A DNA stretch of 32,000 bases, from NCBI RefSeq assembly GCF_002310835.1, contig NZ_CP011041.1:570001-602000 (forward strand), given 5' to 3'. Under the pieces are notes generated by a model. It was not told where the DNA came from, ran no database searches, and was given only the letters and a program-made list of their open reading frames with translations. The position numbers and the translations under genes are program-made. Shown one piece after another: positions 1 to 8,213 of the stretch; position 1 is the first letter of the stretch, and each line of letters opens with the position of its first letter. Source of the DNA: Pseudoalteromonas tetraodonis (GTDB taxonomy: Bacteria; Pseudomonadota; Gammaproteobacteria; Enterobacterales; Alteromonadaceae).

Positions 1-2829
1 GGGCCAAGCCCAGCGCAAGTAAACGACATGCTTAGCGCTCTTGAAGTATCGAGCGTTGAAGAGCTGATCGGTCAAACTGTACCTGCTGGTATTCGTCTTG
101 AGCAAGGTCTTAATATCGGCGAAAGCCGTACCGAAGTTGAAACACTAAGCTACTTAAAATCAGTAGCAAGCAAAAATAAAGTTTTCAAATCGTATATTGG
201 CCAAGGCTACCACCCAACTCACGTACCGCACGTAATTTTACGTAACGTACTTGAAAACCCGGGTTGGTACACAGCGTACACACCGTATCAGCCAGAGATT
301 GCACAAGGGCGTTTAGAGTCACTATTAAATTTCCAGACTATGACCTTAGACATTACCGGCCTAGATTTAGCAAGTGCTTCACTGCTTGACGAATCAACTG
401 CTGCAGCCGAGGCAATGGGCCTTGCAAAACGTGTATCTAAAGCTAAAAAAGCCAATGCGTTCTTTATTGCCGACGACGTACACACGCAAACCATTGACGT
501 AGTGAGCACCCGTGCAGAGCAATTTGGTTTTGAAATTATTGTAGGTAAAGCCGCTGATGCCGTGAACCACGACATTTTTGGTGCGTTATTTCAATACCCG
601 TCAACATCAGGCGAAATTGTTGATATAACTGACCTAATTGCTGGCGTACAAAGCAAAAAAGCGATTGCCTGTGTGGCAGCCGATATCATGAGCTTATTAC
701 TGTTAAAAGCACCAGGTAAATTAGGTGCAGATGTAGTACTTGGCTCTGCTCAGCGTTTTGGTGTGCCAATGGGTTACGGTGGTCCACATGCTGCATTTTT
801 TGCAACACGTGATGCATACAAACGTTCATTACCAGGGCGTATTATTGGTGTATCAAAAGACCGTTTAGGTAACGATGCACTGCGTATGGCAATGCAAACC
901 CGTGAGCAACACATTCGTCGCGACAAAGCCAACTCAAACATTTGTACTGCGCAAGTATTACTAGCGAACATGGCGGCGTTTTACGCGGTATACCATGGCC
1001 CGCAAGGCTTAAAAACCATTGCACAACGCATTCACCGTTTTGCTGATATTTTAGCAACTGGCTTAAAAGCAAAAGGCGTGGCACTTAAGCACACTACCTG
1101 GTTTGATACATTAACTGTTGTTGATGAAAACAAAGCTGACGTGATTGCCCGTGCTGTGGCTAAAGGTGTTAACTTTGCTGCTAACCATGCAGTCGAGTAC
1201 TCAATTTCAGTATCAGAAACCACAATACGTGCAGACATTGCCGAGTTATTTGATATTATTTTAGGCGAAGGCCATGGCCTAAGCGTAGATGCGATTGCCG
1301 CTGATATTGAAGCAAATGGCAGCGACTCTATTCCTGCAAGCCTAGTGCGTGATGATGAAATTCTAACGCATCCAAACTTTAACAGCTACCACAGCGAAAC
1401 AGACATGCTTCGCTATATTAAGCGACTTGAAAACAAAGATTTAGCGCTTAATCACTCTATGATCTCGTTAGGTTCATGTACCATGAAACTAAACGCGACC
1501 GCTGAAATGATTCCAATTACCTGGCCTGAATTTGCAAACCTTCACCCATTCTGCCCGCTAGACCAAGCAGAGGGTTATCAAGTAATGATTAACGAGCTAC
1601 ACGATTGGCTAGTTAACATTACCGGTTACGATGCGGTTTCACTGCAACCAAATTCAGGTGCACAAGGTGAATACGCAGGCCTAATCGCCATTCGTAAATA
1701 CCACGAGTCACGAGGGGACGCGCACCGTAACGTATGTTTAATTCCAAGCTCTGCGCACGGTACTAATCCAGCGTCGGCACAAATGGCGAGCATGAAAATT
1801 GTGGTTGTTAACTGTGATAAACACGGCAACATCGACATGGAAGACTTAAAAACCAAAGCTGCTGAGGTGTCTGAAAACCTATCATGTGCCATGGTAACGT
1901 ACCCATCTACACACGGTGTATACGAAGAAACAATTCGTGAGCTATGTGAAATTGTTCACCAGCACGGTGGCCAAGTTTACATGGATGGCGCAAATATGAA
2001 CGCCCAAGTAGGTGTTACTAGCCCGGGCTTTATTGGCTCAGATGTATCGCACTTAAACTTACACAAAACCTTCTGTATTCCACACGGCGGCGGTGGCCCA
2101 GGTGTTGGCCCAATTGGTGTTAAATCGCATCTAGCGCCATTTATGCCAAACCACAGTGTAATTAACGTACCAGGTACTAATGCTGGTAACGGCGCAGTAT
2201 CGGCAGCGCCTTACGGCTCTGCAGCTATTTTACCTATTTCATGGGCTTACATTGCCATGATGGGCTCTGAGGGCTTAAAACAAGCGACAGAAATGGCGAT
2301 TGTAAATGCTAACTACCTAAGCAATGAGCTTAGCAAGCACTTCCCAATTTTATACCGTGGCCGTAACAATCGCGTTGCCCACGAATGTATTATTGACCTA
2401 CGCCCATTAAAAGAAGCCTCAGGCATTACTGAAATGGACGTTGCTAAGCGCTTACAAGATTATGGTTTCCACTCACCAACAATGTCGTTCCCAGTAGCGG
2501 GCACATTAATGATTGAGCCAACTGAATCTGAGTCTAAGGGCGAGATTGACCGCTTTATCGAAGCGATGGTATCGATTAAAGGTGAAATCGATAAAATCAT
2601 TTCAGGTGAATGGTCTATCGAAAACAACCCATTGGTATTTGCACCGCACACGCAAGCCGATGTGTTAGGTAATGAATGGGACCGCGCGTATGACCGTTTT
2701 TACGCTGCCTTCCCAGTACCAGCAGTTGCTAAAGATAAGTTCTGGCCAACGGTTACACGTATCGATGACGTATACGGCGACCGTAATTTAGTATGCGCAT
2801 GTCCTCCGATTGAGACATACCGCGACTAA
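1..2829 (+). CDS. gcvP: Glycine dehydrogenase (decarboxylating), glycine cleavage system P protein; 5' end lies outside the window
   Basis: The frame is open to base 1: codons 1-27 read GPSPAQVND in frame with the listed Met, so the true start is upstream. Over 930 aa are collinear with single-chain GcvP. The PLP-lysine region [25 protein letters not shown] and the [10 protein letters not shown] motif are present. A strong terminator follows. Confidence 0.95.
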   Translation, partial: GPSPAQVNDMLSALEVSSVEELIGQTVPAGIRLEQGLNIGESRTEVETLSYLKSVASKNKVFKSYIGQGYHPTHVPHVILRNVLENPGWYTAYTPYQPEIAQGRLESLLNFQTMTLDITGLDLASASLLDESTAAAEAMGLAKRVSKAKKANAFFIADDVHTQTIDVVSTRAEQFGFEIIVGKAADAVNHDIFGALFQYPSTSGEIVDITDLIAGVQSKKAIACVAADIMSLLLLKAPGKLGADVVLGSAQRFGVPMGYGGPHAAFFATRDAYKRSLPGRIIGVSKDRLGNDALRMAMQTREQHIRRDKANSNICTAQVLLANMAAFYAVYHGPQGLKTIAQRIHRFADILATGLKAKGVALKHTTWFDTLTVVDENKADVIARAVAKGVNFAANHAVEYSISVSETTIRADIAELFDIILGEGHGLSVDAIAADIEANGSDSIPASLVRDDEILTHPNFNSYHSETDMLRYIKRLENKDLALNHSMISLGSCTMKLNATAEMIPITWPEFANLHPFCPLDQAEGYQVMINELHDWLVNITGYDAVSLQPNSGAQGEYAGLIAIRKYHESRGDAHRNVCLIPSSAHGTNPASAQMASMKIVVVNCDKHGNIDMEDLKTKAAEVSENLSCAMVTYPSTHGVYEETIRELCEIVHQHGGQVYMDGANMNAQVGVTSPGFIGSDVSHLNLHKTFCIPHGGGGPGVGPIGVKSHLAPFMPNHSVINVPGTNAGNGAVSAAPYGSAAILPISWAYIAMMGSEGLKQATEMAIVNANYLSNELSKHFPILYRGRNNRVAHECIIDLRPLKEASGITEMDVAKRLQDYGFHSPTMSFPVAGTLMIEPTESESKGEIDRFIEAMVSIKGEIDKIISGEWSIENNPLVFAPHTQADVLGNEWDRAYDRFYAAFPVPAVAKDKFWPTVTRIDDVYGDRNLVCACPPIETYRD

Positions 2830-2888
2830 TTTTTGAACTTTAATTGGTAGTAAGTTCCACTGTAGAGTGGGGATTTATCGAAATTATG

Positions 2889-2919
2889 AAAGCCGTTGCA
2901 GCAATGCAACGGCTTTTTT
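2889..2919 (+). terminator. Rho-independent terminator of gcvP
   Basis: Perfect 10-bp stem agccgttgca / tgcaacggct (2891-2900 / 2905-2914), 4-nt loop, then a T-run (tttttt). Confidence 0.85.
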
Positions 2920-2950
2920 GTGTGAGGTGATTCGCCATAAATTATATGGG

Positions 2951-3380
2951 GTAGGTTGGGTAGAGTGAAACGAAGCCCAACGATTCTCCAATATCATTAC
3001 CATCTCCCAAGCACGTAAATATGCATTGTTTGTAGGTCGTCCTTTAGGGCGAAAAAAGCGAGAAAAAGAATTTCACCACAGAGATCATAGAGGCGCTTCG
3101 CGCTACACTGAGGGTAAATTTTGTTATAGGAGTCGGTTTTAGCCGTGAATGGTTTGTAGGTTGGGTAGAGCGCAACGAAACCCAACGATTCTCCAATATC
3201 ATTACCACCTCCCAAGCACGTAAATATGTATTGTTTGTAGGTCGCTCTTTAGGGCGATAAGTGAATTTCACCACAGAGAACTCAGAGGCGCTTCGCGCTG
3301 CACCGAGGTTAAAGGTATTTCTGTAGGAGCCAAGCTTGCTGGCGTGCGTGGTTTGTAGGTTGGGCTTTAGCCTGAAATGG
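2951..3380. repeat. Tandem cluster of REP-like hairpins (BIME-like): about 2.1 copies of a roughly 200-205 bp unit
   Basis: The unit restarts at 2951, 3156 and 3355 with gtaggttggg. Each unit holds several (t)gtagg-headed hairpins: gtaggttggg..cccaac, tgtaggtcg(c/t)c.tttagggcga, (c)tgtaggagccaagcttgctggcg / ttataggagtcggttttagccgtga, and gaggcgcttcgcgc. Copies 1 and 2 are near-identical over long stretches. Confidence 0.85.
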
Positions 3381-3399
3381 CTGATGGTTTTTATTGCTA

Positions 3400-3835
3400 A
3401 CTTTTGTCTGGATAAATCCGTGACCTAAATTAGAAACCTTATTCAAGGTTTTGTCGCGCTGGCGACGGCAGCCAAAGAGGGATCTATTTTCAAATTGACT
3501 CTGCTGCAAGCAATTCATCCCTGAAGCTGGGTTACTGTCGGCATCCATGCCTCCACTTCCTCATACTGCGAAGCTGCGCTTCGGTTATTCGTCATCTCCC
3601 TGCGCACCCGAGCATCACGCTTAATCCTTCAAATAATTAATTGATGTGAACGTAAACGGCGAAGATAGGCCATCTTTCACATCCCTGTACGCTCCCCAGT
3701 TCAGCCATCCATGGCCTCTCGTTCAAAGCTGCGCTTTTCACCCATGGCCTAGTTTCGCCTTATCGCGCATCCATGCGCGATATTACTCATCAATTGCTTA
3801 TTTTCAGGGCGTGATGACGGGGGGAGGGGATTAAA
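3400..3835. repeat. Second structured repeat block: short hairpins with a conserved CATCC(A/C)TG centre
   Basis: Hairpins ggcat-cc-atgcc (3540-3551), gccat-cc-atggc (3704-3715), cgcgcat-cc-atgcgcg (3764-3779) and ttca-tccc-tgaa (3514-3525). Recurring words gcgaagctgcgc and tcaaagctgcgc. The ORFs listed here (3309..3548-, 3646..3834+) have repeat-derived, non-protein-like composition. Confidence 0.7.
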
Positions 3836-3970
3836 CGTGAGGTTGGTGTTTGGTCTTGGCAAAGTGTAATGTTTATTGGTTAATATTTTTATGTATGTAG
3901 TAAAGTTTTGATTCCTTTGGTTCTTAGAATAGGTCTTAATAATTTATTGGACTAAAGACTAAATAAATGG

Positions 3971-4016
3971 CTCATAAACTGGATTTGTCATGCTGGTGGT
4001 AAATCCAGTTTATGAG
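3971..4016. repeat. Perfect 16-bp inverted repeat with a 14-nt spacer
   Basis: ctcataaactggattt (3971-3986) and aaatccagtttatgag (4001-4016) are exact reverse complements. It sits about 165 bp upstream of the first island gene, and no T-run follows. Confidence 0.8.
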
Positions 4017-4182
4017 GATGATAATCACTGTAAAGTTGTTTTTATCAGTGGGAGCTATAGAGCTTTTCTGTTAGATTAAATTAAAAAGACACAAAAATAC
4101 AAGGAGCTAGCTAATTTAGGTTTACAATTTTAAACCTAGGAGTATTGATTAGACAAAGTTAAATTAATTGCTGGAGTGTTTT

Positions 4183-5076
4183 ATGAATGGAACCTGCAAA
4201 CTATGTAAAAACCCAAGCGCTCTTGAAAAGAGCCATTTTATTCCCAAATTTATAGGTAAATGGTTAAAGAAAACATCCATAACAGGTTATATCAGAGAGA
4301 AAAATGAGGTTCATAAACGAGCTCAAGATCTTGCTAAAGAATATTGGTTATGCGGCAAATGTGAGGATCTCTTCTCTGATTGGGAAAGAGAGTTTTCTCT
4401 AAAAATATTTTACCCGTTTATTAATGATTCAACTACAAGAATGCCTTATGGCAATTGGTTGTCAAAGTTTGCTGCGTCTCTTTCATGGAGAACTCTAACC
4501 TTTATCAGAAGTAAAAATTTAAAAGATGAAACAAGCAAAAGTAAAGATTACTTGAAAAATTTAGACGGCGCAGAGTTAGCTTTAGCTAACTACCTCTTAG
4601 GTAAGACTGATAACCTTTTTCAATACGAACAACACATTTACCCTGTAGAAGCAATTGATACGCATAATGTAGATAATTTACCTAGGAATATAAATCGATA
4701 TTTTCTACGTAATATAGCAATGGATATCATAGGCAATGATAGTGAAACTTATATCTATACAAAGTTACCTAGCTTTATAATTTTAGGGGTTATTAAAACA
4801 AACGCCTCGAAAATTATTAGGAGCAGTCGAATATCAATCAAAGGAGATGTTCTAAAGCCAAGGGATTACACTTTTCCAGATGGCATAGCTGAATACATTT
4901 TCGAGAAAGCTGAAGAAATATCAAAAATTTATGATGAGATTCCAGTAAAGCAATTGGAGAAAATTAATAAGTTTATAAGTGATAATCCTGACAAAGTGAT
5001 TGAGTCAAAATTATTTCAAGCTATACAGCATGATTATGATCAATTTGGTTCTGAAGCATTTAAGAAAGAGAATTAA
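4183..5076 (+). CDS. HNH_5-like zinc-ribbon protein with an uncharacterised C-terminal domain of about 200 aa
   Basis: I place the start at ATG 4183 (GGAG at 4172-4175) rather than TTG 4168. The N-terminus reads C-x2-C (CKLC), x9-SHFIPKFIGKW, then LCGKCEDLFSDWE. This resembles the CxxC..EH[IV]IP..LGG..CxxCN layout of standalone HNH_5 nucleases, but with Glu where the Asn is expected. The remainder is not recognisable. Confidence 0.7.
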   Translation: MNGTCKLCKNPSALEKSHFIPKFIGKWLKKTSITGYIREKNEVHKRAQDLAKEYWLCGKCEDLFSDWEREFSLKIFYPFINDSTTRMPYGNWLSKFAASLSWRTLTFIRSKNLKDETSKSKDYLKNLDGAELALANYLLGKTDNLFQYEQHIYPVEAIDTHNVDNLPRNINRYFLRNIAMDIIGNDSETYIYTKLPSFIILGVIKTNASKIIRSSRISIKGDVLKPRDYTFPDGIAEYIFEKAEEISKIYDEIPVKQLEKINKFISDNPDKVIESKLFQAIQHDYDQFGSEAFKKEN

Positions 5077-5077
5077 G

Positions 5078-5170
5078 ACCAAAGTGGTCACCCATTAGAA
5101 ATTTCCAGTCAAGCAGGCACCTGCTGACCTTTTCATTCAAAAAAATCAAGTGTTCTTATTTTAAACTCTA
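5078..5170. repeat. Dispersed intergenic repeat, copy B (related copies near 3420, 9353 and 10455)
   Basis: accaaagtggtcacccATTAGAAAtttccagTCAAGCAGGcacctgctgaccttttcATTCAAAAAaatCAAGTgtt aligns with 10455-10540 (gtgacATTAGAAAgttccatTCAAGCAGGcagctg...tttttATTCAAAAAcCAAGTatt). Confidence 0.65.
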
Positions 5171-5255
5171 TTTATTAAGTGCTTAGTACTGATGAATAAG
5201 TACAATAGTTAAAATTTATTTATTTTAATTTTATATTTACAAGGAAGTTGTTTAT

Positions 5256-5564
5256 ATGAATGATGTAACGCCATTTTTATATATTGCTATTTTAGCTTTT
5301 TATTTTTTACACAAAAACGAAGAAGGTAAAATACTAGTACCGATTGTTGCTTTTGCAGCAATACCGTTATTTAGTAACGATTACTGGCTGTGGTTTAAGG
5401 TGAGTATAGGGCTGAGCATCTATGTTTTAATGGTAGAAAAAGCTAAAGCCGGATATACAGGAGGTGGGGCCGTTTCAGCATTCGCCGCATTTTTTATAGG
5501 GGCTTATATGGTCAGTATTGTTATTAATACAGTTATATTTGTAATGGCTAATGGAATTTTTTAA
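5256..5564 (+). CDS. Small integral membrane protein (about 3-4 TM), no recognised family
   Basis: AAGGAAG Shine-Dalgarno sequence about 9 nt upstream of the ATG. 102 aa, dominated by hydrophobic segments. Confidence 0.6.
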   Translation: MNDVTPFLYIAILAFYFLHKNEEGKILVPIVAFAAIPLFSNDYWLWFKVSIGLSIYVLMVEKAKAGYTGGGAVSAFAAFFIGAYMVSIVINTVIFVMANGIF

Positions 5565-5665
5565 CTGTTATTTCGACTTTTTTGTATTACTGTTCAAGCA
5601 AAAATGAAGCGGCTGCAACAAAGGAGTTAATTTTGAGAGGTTTAATTAAACTGGAAGATATTTAA

Positions 5666-5932
5666 ATGATATTAAAAGGCTGCGTAGTAATATTTTGCTT
5701 AGTATGTATTAATCTTTTTGCTCGACATAATATGACTCAAAAGAAAGCTAATGGCTATTCTAATAAGGATTTGTTAAAAATATCATTTGTTTTTTCAAGT
5801 TTACTAACGATATTAACATTAGCTATGATAACTATTGGCACTGAGTTTTCCGGTTCGATTCAATCTATAGGCTTGTTTATTATATATTGGAGTAATATAT
5901 ATGGTTTGCTTAAGGTATGGAGAAATGCATAG
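5666..5932 (+). CDS. Small membrane protein, no recognised family
   Basis: 88 aa with two or three hydrophobic segments. GGAAG lies upstream. Its stop overlaps the next gene (TAG/GTG at 5930-5934), which suggests coupling. A start at Met23 is also possible. Confidence 0.5.
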   Translation: MILKGCVVIFCLVCINLFARHNMTQKKANGYSNKDLLKISFVFSSLLTILTLAMITIGTEFSGSIQSIGLFIIYWSNIYGLLKVWRNA

Positions 5933-6345
5933 TGAGGTTAATTAAGCTTTTTTGTTTACTAAGCGCCATATTTTTTAGTCATCTTGCTACAGGAAATGAT
6001 TTATATTTTGATGTAGGTAAAGCTACACCCTATCTTAGTGTTTGCTCACTTAAAAATGACTTGTCTGAAAGTAATACCATTGTTGATTTTACCAATGATT
6101 TATTAGGTAAAATCTATCATTCATCTGGAGAGACAGAGAAAGATGTTATTGCTTTAGGCACTAATGAATACTTTGATCAGTTGAGTTATCAATCTGCGCT
6201 TGGTGTTACTGAGGAATATGAGTTGTATACATTGTCAAGGTGCGAACGCTTTGCAGTCAATTTTTTAAATAAGTTATGCTCAGACAAAGTGAGTAAACTT
6301 CCATTACCTAAGCTTACATGTACAAAGGCAAAGCAGTATCTTTAA
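5917..6345 (+). CDS. Secreted Cys-containing small protein, no recognised family; has a decayed paralog at 15853-16132
   Basis: N-terminal signal-peptide-like segment (R)LIKLFCLLSAIFFSHLATG|ND. An alternative in-frame GTG start at 5932 has GGAGA 8 nt upstream. The C-terminal half is conserved at protein level in the remnant copy near 16 kb, which supports it as a real gene. Confidence 0.7.
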   Translation: MEKCIVRLIKLFCLLSAIFFSHLATGNDLYFDVGKATPYLSVCSLKNDLSESNTIVDFTNDLLGKIYHSSGETEKDVIALGTNEYFDQLSYQSALGVTEEYELYTLSRCERFAVNFLNKLCSDKVSKLPLPKLTCTKAKQYL

Positions 6346-6853
6346 ATAAAAAACAAATTTAATAAAACTACATTACAAATTAATTTAGAATATTTTTTAA
6401 GGTTTTATTTTCGATTGGCTTTAAAAACCAAAGGGTCATACTTCTGGTTTTAGACATAAAAGGCCTAGATTTATAGTTACCATTGTTGGTGAATTAATGT
6501 ATCTAGATCTCTGCGTATTGAGTCTATGAATGCATTTTATTATTTAATGAATTGCGTAAGAGGGCATGCAAAACACCTTTTTGAATGGTGACTGCTTTAA
6601 GTCTTTTTACATTATATTGAGCAAGCCTACGTTTAATATTTATGTATATTGTCCTGTTTAATGACCAGTCACAACCACCTGCGAATCGAAATCCCCGTTA
6701 CTAATTTCAATACTATAAAACTGTAGCCAACATGGCCAAAAACCTGAAAAGGCGGGTATGTTGGAATTGTGCTGATAGGGTTGAGGCAAGCGAAGCTGGA
6801 GGTTATTCTGGAGGGGGTGCAGGCGAGTTAATATATGAGGTTGTTGAAAAGTA

Positions 6854-7213
6854 ATGGAGCCTATTAAGTTGTGGTTTTTAACTCTGTTTCTTACATCTGC
6901 GGGTCTTTTCTTTTTTATAATATTACCAATTTTAATAGCTATAAAAGATAAAAAAACACGGTTGGTAGAGGATGTTCTAGATGATGGAAATCGTTTTTAC
7001 TCATTAAATATCATAACTGCTGGTAGCGGAGCATTGCACTACGGTTCTATATTTCTATTCGATTGGTATGCTAGACGTTATAAGGTAATAGAGGAGAGAG
7101 ATAAAGTACCCAAAAATTTGCAGATGTGGTTTAAGCTTTATTATATTTTATTTATAACATTTAGCTCTATGTTTTTATTAGCATGCCTCATGGCGTACTT
7201 TTGTTTAGATTAA
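6854..7213 (+). CDS. 3-TM membrane protein, paralog 1 of a tandem pair (possible immunity-type protein)
   Basis: 119 aa. Shares about half its residues with the next ORF, for example VEDVLDDGNRFYSLNI..LHYGSIFLFDWYARRY..RDKVP versus VEDILEHGNRYYSLNI..LHYGSVFLFDWYAKRY..RDKVP. Confidence 0.7.
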   Translation: MEPIKLWFLTLFLTSAGLFFFIILPILIAIKDKKTRLVEDVLDDGNRFYSLNIITAGSGALHYGSIFLFDWYARRYKVIEERDKVPKNLQMWFKLYYILFITFSSMFLLACLMAYFCLD

Positions 7214-7240
7214 CTGCTTTTCTTTTTTGTTGATTAAATA

Positions 7241-7567
7241 ATGGATTTGATATTTTTTGGTGTTGGCTTAAGTGTTATTTTTATCATTCTTTTACCTTTA
7301 GCTTTTTATTTAAAAGCAAAAAAGCTCAGAACGGTTGAAGATATTTTAGAGCATGGAAATCGCTACTATTCCCTAAATATTTTTATGGCGCTTCATGGTT
7401 TACTTCATTATGGCAGTGTATTTTTATTTGATTGGTATGCAAAACGGTATAATTTATTAAGTGATAGAGACAAGGTACCAGCTCACGTCTCGAGATTATT
7501 TAAAGTGTATTTTGTAATTTTTATGCTTTGCGCACTATTAATGTTTTCATCTGTATTCTTTGAATAA
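7241..7567 (+). CDS. 3-TM membrane protein, paralog 2 of the tandem pair
   Basis: 108 aa, collinear with 6854..7213 and separated from it by 27 bp. The conserved core motif is given above. Confidence 0.7.
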   Translation: MDLIFFGVGLSVIFIILLPLAFYLKAKKLRTVEDILEHGNRYYSLNIFMALHGLLHYGSVFLFDWYAKRYNLLSDRDKVPAHVSRLFKVYFVIFMLCALLMFSSVFFE

Positions 7568-7773
7568 AGACTTAGATTTTAAAGAGCAAAGGACTAAATA
7601 AAAGGAAAAAAGGTCAATGGATGAGCTTGTTAGGTCTCTTTTGGTCTATATAAATAAACTCCGTATTTTGACAAAGTAGTTTTGAGTGAGATTTAGTAAC
7701 TCTATTTCAAAGGTGTACATTAATTGGGGAAATATATAATATTGTTAATATCTAATATTAAACGGATTTAATT

Positions 7774-8202
7774 ATGGAAGAAGTTACATTTTTTTCAGAA
7801 AATAAAGTTAAAGAAAAATTACAAGTACATTTTGATGGCCTGCAAAACCAACAAGTATTATATGGAAAGAAGGTAGAAAAAATATTTAAAAGAAAAAATT
7901 GCACGTATATATTCTTTACCTCCGATGATTCTCCATACGAGGAGACATTATATATTACTTTGATTGATTCAAAAGGTGAGGTTATTGAAAGTGTTGAACT
8001 CTCGAAGCCGTATTCTCCAGGGATTTTGAAAGATTTAATAATTAAAAATGATCAAACGATTGAATTCAAATTTTGGGGGGATTCGATAAATAATTTAATT
8101 ATTGCCGACAAAAAAAAAGTGCATATTTCTCATGCAATACCTTCAAATGGCCTTCGTTACTCAAATAAATTATCACCAAGTTATCTAACAATAAAAGATT
8201 AA
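7774..8202 (+). CDS. Soluble 142-aa hypothetical protein, probably co-transcribed with 8214..9242
   Basis: Long ORF in AT-rich DNA, which would otherwise be rich in stop codons. Only 11 bp separate it from the next gene. No hydrophobic segments. No clear Shine-Dalgarno sequence. Confidence 0.55.
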   Translation: MEEVTFFSENKVKEKLQVHFDGLQNQQVLYGKKVEKIFKRKNCTYIFFTSDDSPYEETLYITLIDSKGEVIESVELSKPYSPGILKDLIIKNDQTIEFKFWGDSINNLIIADKKKVHISHAIPSNGLRYSNKLSPSYLTIKD

Positions 8203-8213
8203 GGTTTACAAAC

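Noticed and set aside
288-2651. Antisense ORFs inside gcvP (288..575, 774..971, 842..1084, 1032..1238, 1626..1892, 2460..2651)
   Set aside because: They are fully embedded opposite a confidently identified, highly conserved CDS. They are short, lack start context and have Ser/Cys/Ala-rich shadow-frame composition.
2951-3380. Possible CRISPR array
   Set aside because: The repeat unit is about 200 bp and the whole unit is repeated. There are no short 25-40 bp direct repeats separated by unique spacers, and no cas genes are in the window.
2997-3834. Listed ORFs 2997..3215(-), 3044..3274(-), 3309..3548(-) and 3646..3834(+)
   Set aside because: They lie entirely within the REP-like tandem and hairpin repeat blocks. 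Their translations are low-complexity, repeat-derived strings (for example HPWP twice). None has a Shine-Dalgarno sequence. The two minus-strand ORFs overlap each other in different frames.
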